64,000 bases of DNA from assembly GCA_964487775.1 (NCBI GenBank), contig CAZASH010000002.1, forward strand, positions 134,142-198,141, written 5' to 3'. How positions within the stretch are numbered: position 1 is the stretch's first letter; each line of letters starts with the position of its first letter. The DNA is from an uncultured Ruminococcus sp. (GTDB lineage: Bacteria; Bacillota; Clostridia; Oscillospirales; CAG-382). The notes under the pieces are model-generated. The model was not told the origin of the DNA and did no database searches. It saw nothing but the letters and a program-made list of their open reading frames with translations. Both the position numbers and the translations under genes were made by a program. Positions 1-7,576 of the stretch are shown piece after piece.

Positions 1-65
1 GGCGTGCCCGAACGGTCGGCTGTTGATGCCGCCTTTGTTGCGGGTGGCGCTCCGCTCATTTGCCA
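1..65 (-). CDS. 5' end of an unidentified CDS that runs off the window (MANERSATRNKGGINSRPFGHA...)
   Basis: ATG at 65 and open to the window edge. Third codon positions are C/G-rich like neighbouring genes. A consensus-like promoter lies about 30 nt upstream. No clear SD. Confidence 0.3.
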
Positions 66-95
66 TATAGAGAGCGGGACTTGAATCTTGTATTT

Positions 96-124
96 ATTCT
101 ATCACAGCTTTCAAAAACTGTCAA
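96..124 (-). promoter_or_regulatory. Sigma-70-type promoter, TTGACA-17-TAGAAT (read on the minus strand)
   Basis: -35 at 119-124 and -10 at 96-101 with a 17-nt spacer. It points at the ATG at 65. Confidence 0.4.
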
Positions 125-181
125 GCGGAAAACCCTTGTAGACTCATACAATTTGCAGGCGCCAAAACAGCTTTTAACTGT

Positions 182-2266
182 TTAATAAAACAGCAGGTCT
201 GAATAAGTCGGGTAAGGCCAATAGGATTTGTCGGTGAGCGTCTCGAGAATGTCCGCTTCGTTGCGCAATGCCTGCATATTCGGAATTATCACGTCGTGAC
301 GGTATGCTGCACCCTCGGCGGCGTCGGATGGCAGGCGGCTCATGCTGCGACGCAATTTTTCGACCGCGTCATACAGCGCATCCGTGTGGGCGGAAAGATC
401 GTTTATCAGCATTTTTTCTGCCCTGCACGAAACACCGATAGGTGCTTTTGCATTGACCGCATCGCAAAGCGATTTTGTATAATGAAGCGCGGCAGGCAGT
501 ATCTGCTGTATCGCCATGTCGAGCATCGTCTTTGCCTCGATGTTGATGATCTTGTTGTATTCCTCAAGGTGTATGGCGTGGCGGGCTCTGAATTCGTTTT
601 CGCTATAAACTCCGTGGCGTGTGACGAGGCTTATGTTCTTTTCCGAAAGCATCGCACGCAGGCACGCCGCAGTGGTGGTCAGGTTGCTCAGTCCGCGCCT
701 TGCCGCCTCACGCTTCCATTCCTCTGAATAGCTGTTGCCGTCAAAAAGAATGCGCTGGTGCTCTGTCAGGGTACTGCGTATAAGCTCGTGAAGTGCCTCG
801 TCGAAATCGGGCTTTGATTCAAGCTCGTCTGCAAAGCGGCAGAGCATTTCTGCCATTATCGTGTTGAGGATGATGTTGGGCTCTGCGATGGATTGCGACG
901 AGCCCGGCATACGAAATTCAAACTTGTTGCCTGTGAACGCCACGGGACTTGTGCGGTTGCGGTCTGTCGTGTCCTTGGGCAGTGCGGGCAGAACGTCGAT
1001 GCCTATGCGCAGAACAGATTTCTCGGGCTCTTGATAGTTGGTGTCGTCGATGATCGACCTGATGATGGCATTTAATTCGTCGCCGACGAAAATAGAAATG
1101 ATGGCAGGGGGTGCTTCGCTCGCACCAAGTCTGTGGTCGTTGCCTGCCGAGGTGACAGAGCAGCGCAAAAGGTCCTGATATTCGTCAACGCCTGCGATGA
1201 ACGCCGTCATAAAGACCAAAAACCTTGCGTTCTGGCTCGGAGTCTGACCGGGGCTGAAAAGATTTTCGCCCGAATCTGTCGAGAGCGACCAGTTGTTGTG
1301 CTTGCCCGAGCCGCTTATGCCCTCAAAGGGCTTTTCGTGCAGCAGGCATACAAGGTTGTGCTTGGCGGCGCATTTTTTCATTATCGCCATGATAAGCTGG
1401 TTGTCGTCGCACGCCGTGTTTGCATCTGTGAATATCGGCGCCATCTCGTGCTGGCAGGGTGCGCCCTCGTTGTGCTTGGTCTTTGACAGCACGCCGAGCC
1501 GCCAAAGCTGCTCGTCAAGGTCACGCATAAAGGTCGAAACGCGCGTCCTGATAGTGCCGAAATAATGGTCGTCGAGCTCCTGACCCTTAGGGGGCTGTGC
1601 GCCGAACAGAGTTCTGCCTGTCAAGCGCAGATCCTCACGCCCGGCATAAAGATCCTTGGGCAAAAGAAAATATTCCTGCTCTGCACCGACAGAAGCGGTG
1701 ACACGCTTTGTGTCGCGGTCGCCGAAAAGGCGCAGTATTCTGATCGCTTCTCTCGAAACCTCGTCCATCGACCTGAGCAGAGGCGTCTTTTTGTCGAGCG
1801 AATCTCCGTTGTATGAGAAAAAGCAGGTGGGGATATAAAGACTGCCGTCACGCACAAAGGCAGACGACGTCGGATCCCACGCGGTATAGCCTCTCGCCTC
1901 AAATGTGGCTCTGAGTCCGCCGTTGGGAAATGACGAGCCGTCCGACTCGCCTCTGACTAATTCCTTGCCGCTGAATTCCATGATGACTCTGCCGTCGCCT
2001 GTCGGCGAGATGAACGAGTCGTGCTTTTCGGCGGTTATGCCGGTCATGGGCTGAAACCAGTGCGTATAGTGCGTTGCGCCCTTCTCGACCGCCCATTGCT
2101 TCATAGCCTCTGCGATCTCGTTGGCGACGTCGATCGGCAGCATCGAGCCGACAGAAACACAGTGCTTCCATTCATCAAACACCTGCTTTGGCAGGCGCTC
2201 GCGCATCGTCGCTTCGTTAAAAACATCGCTGCCGAATAATTCGGGCACATTCAGTAATTCCGACAT
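182..2266 (-). CDS. glnN: Glutamine synthetase, type III (694 aa)
   Basis: The length and N-terminus (MSELLNVPELFGSDVFNE..MRERLPK) are typical of GSIII. It has a GS catalytic core, and an AGGGA SD sits upstream. Confidence 0.9.
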   Translation of the reverse strand: MSELLNVPELFGSDVFNEATMRERLPKQVFDEWKHCVSVGSMLPIDVANEIAEAMKQWAVEKGATHYTHWFQPMTGITAEKHDSFISPTGDGRVIMEFSGKELVRGESDGSSFPNGGLRATFEARGYTAWDPTSSAFVRDGSLYIPTCFFSYNGDSLDKKTPLLRSMDEVSREAIRILRLFGDRDTKRVTASVGAEQEYFLLPKDLYAGREDLRLTGRTLFGAQPPKGQELDDHYFGTIRTRVSTFMRDLDEQLWRLGVLSKTKHNEGAPCQHEMAPIFTDANTACDDNQLIMAIMKKCAAKHNLVCLLHEKPFEGISGSGKHNNWSLSTDSGENLFSPGQTPSQNARFLVFMTAFIAGVDEYQDLLRCSVTSAGNDHRLGASEAPPAIISIFVGDELNAIIRSIIDDTNYQEPEKSVLRIGIDVLPALPKDTTDRNRTSPVAFTGNKFEFRMPGSSQSIAEPNIILNTIMAEMLCRFADELESKPDFDEALHELIRSTLTEHQRILFDGNSYSEEWKREAARRGLSNLTTTAACLRAMLSEKNISLVTRHGVYSENEFRARHAIHLEEYNKIINIEAKTMLDMAIQQILPAALHYTKSLCDAVNAKAPIGVSCRAEKMLINDLSAHTDALYDAVEKLRRSMSRLPSDAAEGAAYRHDVIIPNMQALRNEADILETLTDKSYWPYPTYSDLLFY

Positions 2267-2480
2267 ATTATCCCTCTCTCCTGTGGTTTGCGTTTTAAAA
2301 ACAAAATTCGACCTTATTTTGATTGTACACCATATAGCGCCAAATGTCCAGCGGTATTTGCGGATAATATTTTTTATCGTATAATTACTTTGTGATTTTT
2401 ATGTGCCAACAACTGACAACAATTGTCAAAAACAGGAACTTTTGCGATTATAACCCTAAAAACTATGCTGAAAAGTATAA

Positions 2481-2507
2481 TAAAACAGACGGCGCAAAGG
2501 CCGTCTG
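2481..2507 (-). terminator. Rho-independent terminator after the ZIP transporter gene
   Basis: Hairpin cagacggc/gccgtctg (2486-2507), followed on the minus strand by TTTT. Confidence 0.65.
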
Positions 2508-2509
2508 AC

Positions 2510-3286
2510 TTATCCCAGCACGGTGTCAAGTGTCATCATAAGCGTAAAGCCGAGGGCAAAAAACAGCGTGCCTATGTTCGAGTGCTTGCCTGTCGACATC
2601 TCGGGTATCAATTCCTCGACGACCACATAAAGCATAGCGCCTGCGGCAAAGCTCAAAAAATAAGGCAAAACCGGGGTGACGATCTGCGCCGCACAAACAG
2701 TCAGCGCCGCTCCGACAGGCTCTACCACGCCCGAAAGCACACCGTATGCAAACGCTTTGCTCTTTTTTGTCCCCTCTGCACGAAGCGGCATTGAAATTAT
2801 AGCTCCCTCGGGAAAGTTCTGTATAGCTATGCCGAGCGAAAGTGCCAGTGCGCCTGCCGCAGTTATCTGCGTGCTTCCGCTCACTATTCCCGCATATACC
2901 ACACCGACCGCCATTCCCTCGGGAATGTTGTGCAAAGTCACGGCGAGCAGCATCATCGTTGTGCGGCTGAAAGTGCTGCGCACGCCCTCTGATTGGTCGC
3001 TGTTTTGATGAATATGCGGAATTATGCGGTCAAGCAGCAGCAAAAAGAGTATGCCAAGCCAAAAGCCCGCCACCGCAGGTATAACAGCGCCCTTGCCTCT
3101 TTCGGCTGCCTGCTCCATGGCAGGTATCAGCAGGCTCCATACAGATGCTGCCACCATGACACCTGCGGCAAAGCCTGTCAGCGCACGCTGCAATTGTGTG
3201 CCGAGCGAGCGCTTCATAAAGAATACGCACGCCGACCCGAGCACCGTGCCTAAAAACGGCAGAAGTATTCCGTAAAAAATCGTCAT
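2510..3286 (-). CDS. ZIP family divalent metal (zinc) transporter, ZupT-like
   Basis: 258-aa polytopic protein. It has a His-rich loop (HIHQNSDQSEG) and the HNIPEG..A / QNFPEG motifs typical of ZIP/ZupT. Confidence 0.85.
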   Translation of the reverse strand: MTIFYGILLPFLGTVLGSACVFFMKRSLGTQLQRALTGFAAGVMVAASVWSLLIPAMEQAAERGKGAVIPAVAGFWLGILFLLLLDRIIPHIHQNSDQSEGVRSTFSRTTMMLLAVTLHNIPEGMAVGVVYAGIVSGSTQITAAGALALSLGIAIQNFPEGAIISMPLRAEGTKKSKAFAYGVLSGVVEPVGAALTVCAAQIVTPVLPYFLSFAAGAMLYVVVEELIPEMSTGKHSNIGTLFFALGFTLMMTLDTVLG

Positions 3287-3313
3287 ATAGTTCCTTATCC
3301 TATCTTGTAATCG

Positions 3314-3760
3314 TTATAATATCTGGGTTATCGCGGCGCTCAGCAGAGCCACCGCATAATGCCGCTTCTCGGGCATAAATGAAAAGCGGATGCGCTTTGT
3401 GTTTCGCCACCAAAGCAGGTCGATAATCAGCAGATCAAACAGCCCCAACCCCTCGCCGAGTGCGAGAAAGAACCAAAATGCCGACCAAAAGTCGTTGAGA
3501 CCGAGAAAACCCTTTAAGGCTGCACTCAACACAGAAAATATCACGGTAAACAGCAGCAGATTTCCGAGCAGTATGGATATGATAGATTTCTCTTTCGGTG
3601 CAGTTTTGCCGAAATCCTTGTGTGCTCTCACCGCCTGCTGAACATTATCGGGATAGGAACGAAGTCCCGCAAGATTTTTCTTGTCCGCGCCTGTGCCGAG
3701 GAAGCAGCAGAACCAATAGAAAAGGTAAAATAGAAATGCAGTTGTGATTTTTACAATCAT
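3314..3760 (-). CDS. Uncharacterised membrane protein, paralog B of the tandem pair
   Basis: 148 aa with 3-4 TM segments. It shares YPD/YPP..Q and D..(I/L)D....(N)xKRIR(F/L) motifs with the adjacent 165-aa ORF. Confidence 0.5.
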   Translation of the reverse strand: MIVKITTAFLFYLFYWFCCFLGTGADKKNLAGLRSYPDNVQQAVRAHKDFGKTAPKEKSIISILLGNLLLFTVIFSVLSAALKGFLGLNDFWSAFWFFLALGEGLGLFDLLIIDLLWWRNTKRIRFSFMPEKRHYAVALLSAAITQIL

Positions 3761-3773
3761 CGTTTATTCCCAC

Positions 3774-4271
3774 TTACCAAATCCAAAGCATCAATCCACT
3801 GCTCAAAATACTTGCCAAAAACGCAAAGGGCACCACAGGCAAACAAACCTTAACATGAAACCACTTTTGATGATATTCCTTTTCCATGTGTTCCGTTCCG
3901 GGAAGTCTGATACGCTTAATATTGGCAAACAAAACCCAATCCAAAAAGAAAGTATCCCATGCAAACAAACAGAGCATATAAATCCAAATCAAACCAACGC
4001 CTTGCAAAAAGGTTTTTGCTCCTGCCAAGTGCAACATCCAGGCAAACAAGAATAAAAAAGCAATCACGGCAAGCAACTTTTTTGCAAGCATTAGTTTCGT
4101 CAATTTCTTTTTGGCGGCTTCTCTATGCTGAGAGCGGTAATATTCCGCTTGAATTTCGGGCGGATAGTCACTGATAAAGGTTAGGGGACTTATCAAAAGC
4201 ATACCGAAAACAAGTATACTAAAAATCAGTAGCATTATGCCAATTTCAATTAATATTACTGAAAGAGTCAT
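3774..4271 (-). CDS. Uncharacterised membrane protein, paralog A of the tandem pair
   Basis: 165 aa with 4 TM segments. TAATG overlap with the upstream gene. Shares motifs with 3314-3760. Confidence 0.55.
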   Translation of the reverse strand: MTLSVILIEIGIMLLIFSILVFGMLLISPLTFISDYPPEIQAEYYRSQHREAAKKKLTKLMLAKKLLAVIAFLFLFAWMLHLAGAKTFLQGVGLIWIYMLCLFAWDTFFLDWVLFANIKRIRLPGTEHMEKEYHQKWFHVKVCLPVVPFAFLASILSSGLMLWIW

Positions 4272-4975
4272 TATGTATTTCTCCTAAAGCCTTGTTCATC
4301 CACATATTCGGGATGTTCTTTCAGATATTCGTTCCTGTCCCCGCAGATGGTGTAATCGCACTTGTCCCCGATCGCACATGTGTTCGCCCGTACCAGCTGT
4401 GCGTGGAGCAGTTCCATAGCGGCATAATCTGGATTGCACATGGCGGGCATAACTTCTAATAAACCATGCTGTTTGGCAAATTCCACAATGGGACAGGCTG
4501 TAAATTCGTAATAGATTGGTTTGTCCTTATCATAGGGTGCAACGGACATTTCGTAGTCATGCCATGCGTTGAACTTCTTTTCAGAGGCAGCAAACGAGAA
4601 GTACAAAATGCGCTTCCAAAACGGCTTGTTGCAGTCCACAAAGGTCAGCTTACGAAATGTAGGCAAAAACAGCTCGTTTTCCATTCCTTCGATTTCTCCA
4701 ACGCTTGTCACTGCCTTGCAGACGGTGTAATAACTCATCAAAGCAATACAGTCATAAGTGCCGCCAACGCTGTTGTGGAAATTTTTACTGCCGCCGAGAT
4801 CGGTGCGCCAGTCGGACAGATAGGTAACATATTGCTGCTGTACCACCTCCCAAACTTTTTCCTGCTCCGCTACCGGATAATGCAGAGCAATTTTTGCCTT
4901 GATCTGCTTTTTGCAGGGCTTTGAGTACAGCACATGGCAGGTGCGGTCGAATTGCAGTTCCTCGTCTTTCATCAC
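4271..4975 (-). CDS. L-2-amino-thiazoline-4-carboxylic acid (ATC) hydrolase family protein
   Basis: The C-terminal pattern CP..EFAK.HGL.E.MP..C..DYA..E.L......R..T.A.GDKCDY matches my recollection of the ATC_hydrolase family. ATGA overlap with the upstream MTase. Confidence 0.6.
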   Translation of the reverse strand: MMKDEELQFDRTCHVLYSKPCKKQIKAKIALHYPVAEQEKVWEVVQQQYVTYLSDWRTDLGGSKNFHNSVGGTYDCIALMSYYTVCKAVTSVGEIEGMENELFLPTFRKLTFVDCNKPFWKRILYFSFAASEKKFNAWHDYEMSVAPYDKDKPIYYEFTACPIVEFAKQHGLLEVMPAMCNPDYAAMELLHAQLVRANTCAIGDKCDYTICGDRNEYLKEHPEYVDEQGFRRNT

Positions 4976-5763
4976 TTTCTACCCACCAGCAGTGTCGAGC
5001 CTTGCAGCATCAGGCGACTCGCTTCTTTCTTCGTCATAAACATCCCGTCAGTGGTGTCGATCATGCGAACTTCCGCATAGCCCATTTCATGAAGTTTCTG
5101 GCAGAAAGCCTCCATATCGCCGTAGCGGTTTTTGCCCATGAGGTCGTGGATGGCAAAGGTGCCGCCCTTTTTCAGGGTACGCAGGGTTTCAAGTAAAAGC
5201 TCCTGCTTATCTATGCCTGAAATATTGTGATATACATAATTGCTTGTCACGGCATCGAAGGTTTCGTCGGCAAATGGCAGTTTGGTGGCATCGGCTTTTT
5301 GGAACTCCGTGTTGCTGACCCCTTCCGCTTTGGCATTGCTTTGGCAGAGGGGCAGACTGAACTCCGCATAATCCTTGCCCCAGCGGTCAACACCCACCAT
5401 GCGCCCGCACGGATTTCGCTTGGCGCAGGCAATAGTCAATGCGCCGCTGCCGCAGCCAATATCCAAGCCGACACCGCCGTCGGGCAATTTGACATAGTCG
5501 GCAATACCCTCGATCATCTGCCTTGAGAGCTGCCGCTTGCCGTCATATGAAAAAGCATTGTATGCCGTGATACTCCATTGCAGTGTTTTTCCACAACCGA
5601 TGGTAGCGACGGCAAACACAATGGCAAGGATAATTCGCCATGCTTTTGTTACCCAAAGCCCGCAAGCACCAAACAGTATCAGCGCCGCCAAAGATACCGC
5701 CGTTGCCAACGCCATGCCGACGATCAACATTTTAGGTACCCAGTTTTTGTAATTCGGTTTCAT
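4972..5763 (-). CDS. Membrane-anchored class I SAM-dependent methyltransferase
   Basis: Start moved to MKPNYKNW, which has an AAAGGAG SD and an ATGA overlap with the upstream stop. Two N-terminal TM helices, then motif I GLDIGCGSGALT. Confidence 0.8.
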   Translation of the reverse strand: MKPNYKNWVPKMLIVGMALATAVSLAALILFGACGLWVTKAWRIILAIVFAVATIGCGKTLQWSITAYNAFSYDGKRQLSRQMIEGIADYVKLPDGGVGLDIGCGSGALTIACAKRNPCGRMVGVDRWGKDYAEFSLPLCQSNAKAEGVSNTEFQKADATKLPFADETFDAVTSNYVYHNISGIDKQELLLETLRTLKKGGTFAIHDLMGKNRYGDMEAFCQKLHEMGYAEVRMIDTTDGMFMTKKEASRLMLQGSTLLVGRK

Positions 5764-6371
5764 ATTTTTTCTCCTTTCATGCATTCCGCATAAGTCAGCG
5801 GAAAGCTTGCATTCAGCACTTCGCTTTTCTGTACTTTCCACCCGTGCTTTTGCAGGAAATCCAGATAGCTTTCGCTCGACCATTTGCTGTACTGCCTAAA
5901 GCCTGCAAGCTTCATAAAAAACGCTTTGACATTGCCAAAAAAATCATTGCCTGCGTGGGTGAAGGTGGGGGCGATCAGCACGCCGTCATCTTTAAGCACA
6001 CGGCGAATTTCTGCCAGCGCCTTTTCAGGCTCCGGCACGATGTGCAGAGCGTTTGATACGATCGCTACGTCAAAGGAACTGTCGGCATAGGGCAGATGAA
6101 ACATATCCTGTACGGAAAAATGTAATTTTGAGGAGGAAACGCCTTGTTTTGCCTGCTCAATCATCTCGGATGAAGCATCGGTGGCTTCAATACGGTCAGC
6201 AGAACGGACAATGTGCTTGGCAATCAATCCCGTTCCCGTGGCAAGCTCCAACACCTGCTTATGTTCTACTATGGGACAAATCAGTGCATACATTTGCTCG
6301 TAAGCTTTACGATCTTTTCGCATAAAGCGGTCATAGATTTTTGCCGTGCGATCCCAAAAATTCTTTGCCAT
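5760..6371 (-). CDS. Class I SAM-dependent methyltransferase (soluble)
   Basis: Start moved to MAKNFWDR, which has an AAGGAG SD. Motif I VLELATGTGLIA. Post-I and post-II acidic residues are present. Confidence 0.8.
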   Translation of the reverse strand: MAKNFWDRTAKIYDRFMRKDRKAYEQMYALICPIVEHKQVLELATGTGLIAKHIVRSADRIEATDASSEMIEQAKQGVSSSKLHFSVQDMFHLPYADSSFDVAIVSNALHIVPEPEKALAEIRRVLKDDGVLIAPTFTHAGNDFFGNVKAFFMKLAGFRQYSKWSSESYLDFLQKHGWKVQKSEVLNASFPLTYAECMKGEKI

Positions 6372-6462
6372 AACAACACTCCTTGCACACGAGTTAGCTG
6401 TCGCTAACCTATGCTCTTTATTAAAGCTGCCCTTCTCGGCAGCCACCATTCTTTTCGACCAT

Positions 6463-6492
6463 AATATACTACTCAAACGCCCCCTTTGTCAA
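6463..6492 (-). promoter_or_regulatory. Candidate promoter of the methyltransferase operon, TTGACA-18-TATATT
   Basis: -35 at 6487-6492 and -10 at 6463-6468 on the minus strand. About 90 nt of leader follow, with two short hairpins. Confidence 0.4.
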
Positions 6493-6580
6493 TAGCCTTT
6501 TGCTGAAAAATAGCATTTTCGGCGGAAAATCATTGCATGACAAAAGCCTGCAAATTATTACAAAAACGAATTGATTTTTT

Positions 6581-6613
6581 CTCCGCACTTCATTACAAGG
6601 TGCGGAGTTTTTT
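6581..6613 (+). terminator. Hairpin + T6 (ctccgcac..gtgcggag tttttt) with no upstream plus-strand gene to terminate
   Basis: 8-bp GC-rich stem, 11-nt loop, T6 run. The upstream genes are divergent. Confidence 0.5.
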
Positions 6614-6643
6614 ATGTCTGCGGCGGCAAAATCCTCTGTTCTA

Positions 6644-6671
6644 TTGACTTTTGCGGCAAAAAGAGTATAAT
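6644..6671 (+). promoter_or_regulatory. Promoter TTGACT-16-TATAAT inside repeat copy 1
   Basis: Near-consensus hexamers. It drives the leader to the ORF at 6752. Confidence 0.55.
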
Positions 6672-6751
6672 TATGAGTACGAGGAAGGCAGAATTGTTCG
6701 CGCCACCGATTGAATATTCTTGCTTCGATTTAATCCATTTGGAGGGATATT

Positions 6752-7235
6752 ATGCCAAATAAAACTTATGACATCGATCAATGTACATCATCGCTCAAAT
6801 CCGAAGTAACGATTTTAACTGTTGTTGCCGTTGTTCTTCTCATGCTATTTGCAACTGTACTTGTTTTCTCCATACGGCAGATCAAAAATGATAAATCAAA
6901 AAAAACTACCATATGTTCAAATCATTGCTGCTTTAATAATATTCATTTTTTTATCAGTTTCTTTAGGAGCCCAAATAGCATTTTATTCTAAAGACTTATC
7001 TCAAAATTCTTTTGTGCAATACGAGGGCGTGGCTAAAATACACACGAAAAAGCAACTGATTTTTGGTGGGATCCCTACAGGATACACTGAATATGTGATT
7101 TCGTTTGAATTAGATGGAGAACAAGTTGATCTTTACATGAGGAAGGATCCCGGTTTCGTAGGTGAAGTCGATGATGTCTTTGTTGTTTATGCCAAATATT
7201 CAAAACACATTATCAATTTTGAGATTACACAATAG
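6752..7235 (+). pseudogene. Small membrane protein split by a frame change; one fewer A in the A8 run at 6898-6905 would join the two pieces
   Basis: ORF 6752-6991 has a strong GGAGGG SD and one TM. ORF 6822-7235 is open in the +1 frame across the overlap. Removing one A gives ...SIRQIKNDKSKKLPYVQIIAALIIF... as a continuous ~160-aa two-TM protein. No recognisable family. Confidence 0.4.
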
Positions 7236-7242
7236 GTATTCA

Positions 7243-7275
7243 CTCCGCACTTCATTACAAGGTGCGGAGTTTTTT
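7243..7275 (+). terminator. Rho-independent terminator (identical to 6581-6613)
   Basis: Same hairpin + T6, 8 nt after the stop at 7235. Confidence 0.7.
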
Positions 7276-7305
7276 ATGTCTGCGGCGGCAAAATCCTCTG
7301 TTCTA

Positions 7306-7334
7306 TTGACATTTCGGGCAAAAAAGAGCATAAT
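7306..7334 (+). promoter_or_regulatory. Promoter TTGACA-17-CATAAT inside repeat copy 2
   Basis: Consensus -35 and a 17-nt spacer. About 240 nt of leader lie before the MATE start. Confidence 0.55.
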
Positions 7335-7576
7335 TACGAGTACGAGGAAGTCAGAATTGTCCGTGCCACTGAGATGGATATTGCTCTCTTCGGCGAGGTC
7401 GTAGCTGTTACATCGCACTCTAAAACCGATAAGTTCTTGAGGAAGGTTTTTGATGAACCTGAAGCGGTAACAAGCCGACACGACGAAAAAACGATTTTGT
7501 ATATCCGAACAGGAAAGAAAAGAGTTTCAAAAGCTTCTTCAAAGGCTTTTGAAAACAGAAAGTGGGAATTAATAAA

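Larger units (their letters stand above)
6581..6708 (+). repeat. Direct repeat, copy 1 (hairpin terminator + promoter + leader module)
   Basis: The first 68 nt are identical to 7243-7310. The next ~60 nt are ~85% identical. The period is 662 bp. Confidence 0.9.
7243..7371 (+). repeat. Direct repeat, copy 2 (terminator + promoter + leader of the MATE gene)
   Basis: See copy 1. Here the hairpin sits right after the stop of the cassette ORF. Confidence 0.9.

Noticed and set aside
6615-6671. 18-codon mini-ORF (MSAAAKSSVLLTFAAKRV) inside the repeat; a longer version occurs in copy 2
   Set aside because: It starts inside the terminator T-run and spans the -35 and -10 hexamers. The two copies end differently, and there is no SD. 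The conservation is explained by the DNA-level repeat.
6581-7371. Integron attC sites or a MITE as an explanation for the cassette-flanking repeats (also considered for 21967-23768)
   Set aside because: The repeats are direct, not terminal inverted. There is no GTTRRRY core and no integrase nearby. The 50-bp repeat is plainly host coding, RBS and start sequence.
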